A DNA stretch of 64,000 nucleotides from contig JBHGNT010000008.1 in NCBI GenBank assembly GCA_043228905.1, positions 20,274,001 through 20,338,000 on the forward strand, read 5' to 3'. Origin of the DNA: Azolla caroliniana (taxonomy: Eukaryota > Plantae > Polypodiophyta). Of this stretch, positions 63,839-64,000 are shown piece after piece (the stretch's first letter is position 1; the number at the start of each line of letters is the position of its first letter). The position numbers and the translations under genes are program-made. The notes beneath the pieces were generated by a model, which saw only the letters and a program-made list of their open reading frames with translations, was not told where the DNA came from and made no database searches.

Positions 63839-64000
63839 TGTTAAGTAATTAGGTAATTAACTAGGATTAATTAGAGACTAATTATATGGTTACGTTAAGC
63901 AGCGGAAGATTAGTATGATATGCACGTGAGAGTGTGTGAGAGGAAGAGAGGGGGATGATTGGATATATTGAAAAGTGTCATCAACATACAAAAATACCCA
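63839..64000. mobile_element. Probable start of another LTR inserted in the pol of N
   Basis: Abrupt change from coding sequence to TGTTAAGTAATTAGG.. low-complexity sequence, cut by the window edge. Confidence 0.4.

Overview
Gene-free, repeat-saturated plant nuclear DNA. The retrotransposon lineages suggest a bryophyte or moss host (inference). About 80% of the window is nested, mostly decayed Ty1/copia and Ty3/gypsy LTR retrotransposons. A six-deep nest can be read from LTR, PBS, PPT and TSD junctions: copia F contains copia E, then copia D, gypsy C, copia A and copia B. The standout is a complete 8,975-bp DNA transposon at 14760-23734, with 36-bp TIRs and a 4-bp CATA TSD, inserted in copia D. 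It carries two divergent genes. One is a Sola-like DDD transposase with a possible BAH-like C-terminal domain. The other is a six-exon, spliceosomal-intron gene for a ~974-aa fusion of a ParB/Srx-like domain and a prokaryote-type beta-class N6-adenine/N4-cytosine DNA methyltransferase. Intron 1 of that gene holds four 25-bp palindromes at an exact 51-bp period, resembling a parS or operator array. Both genes are broken only by single-base nonsense codons, with no frameshifts. All calls come from manual reading; no database searches were run.
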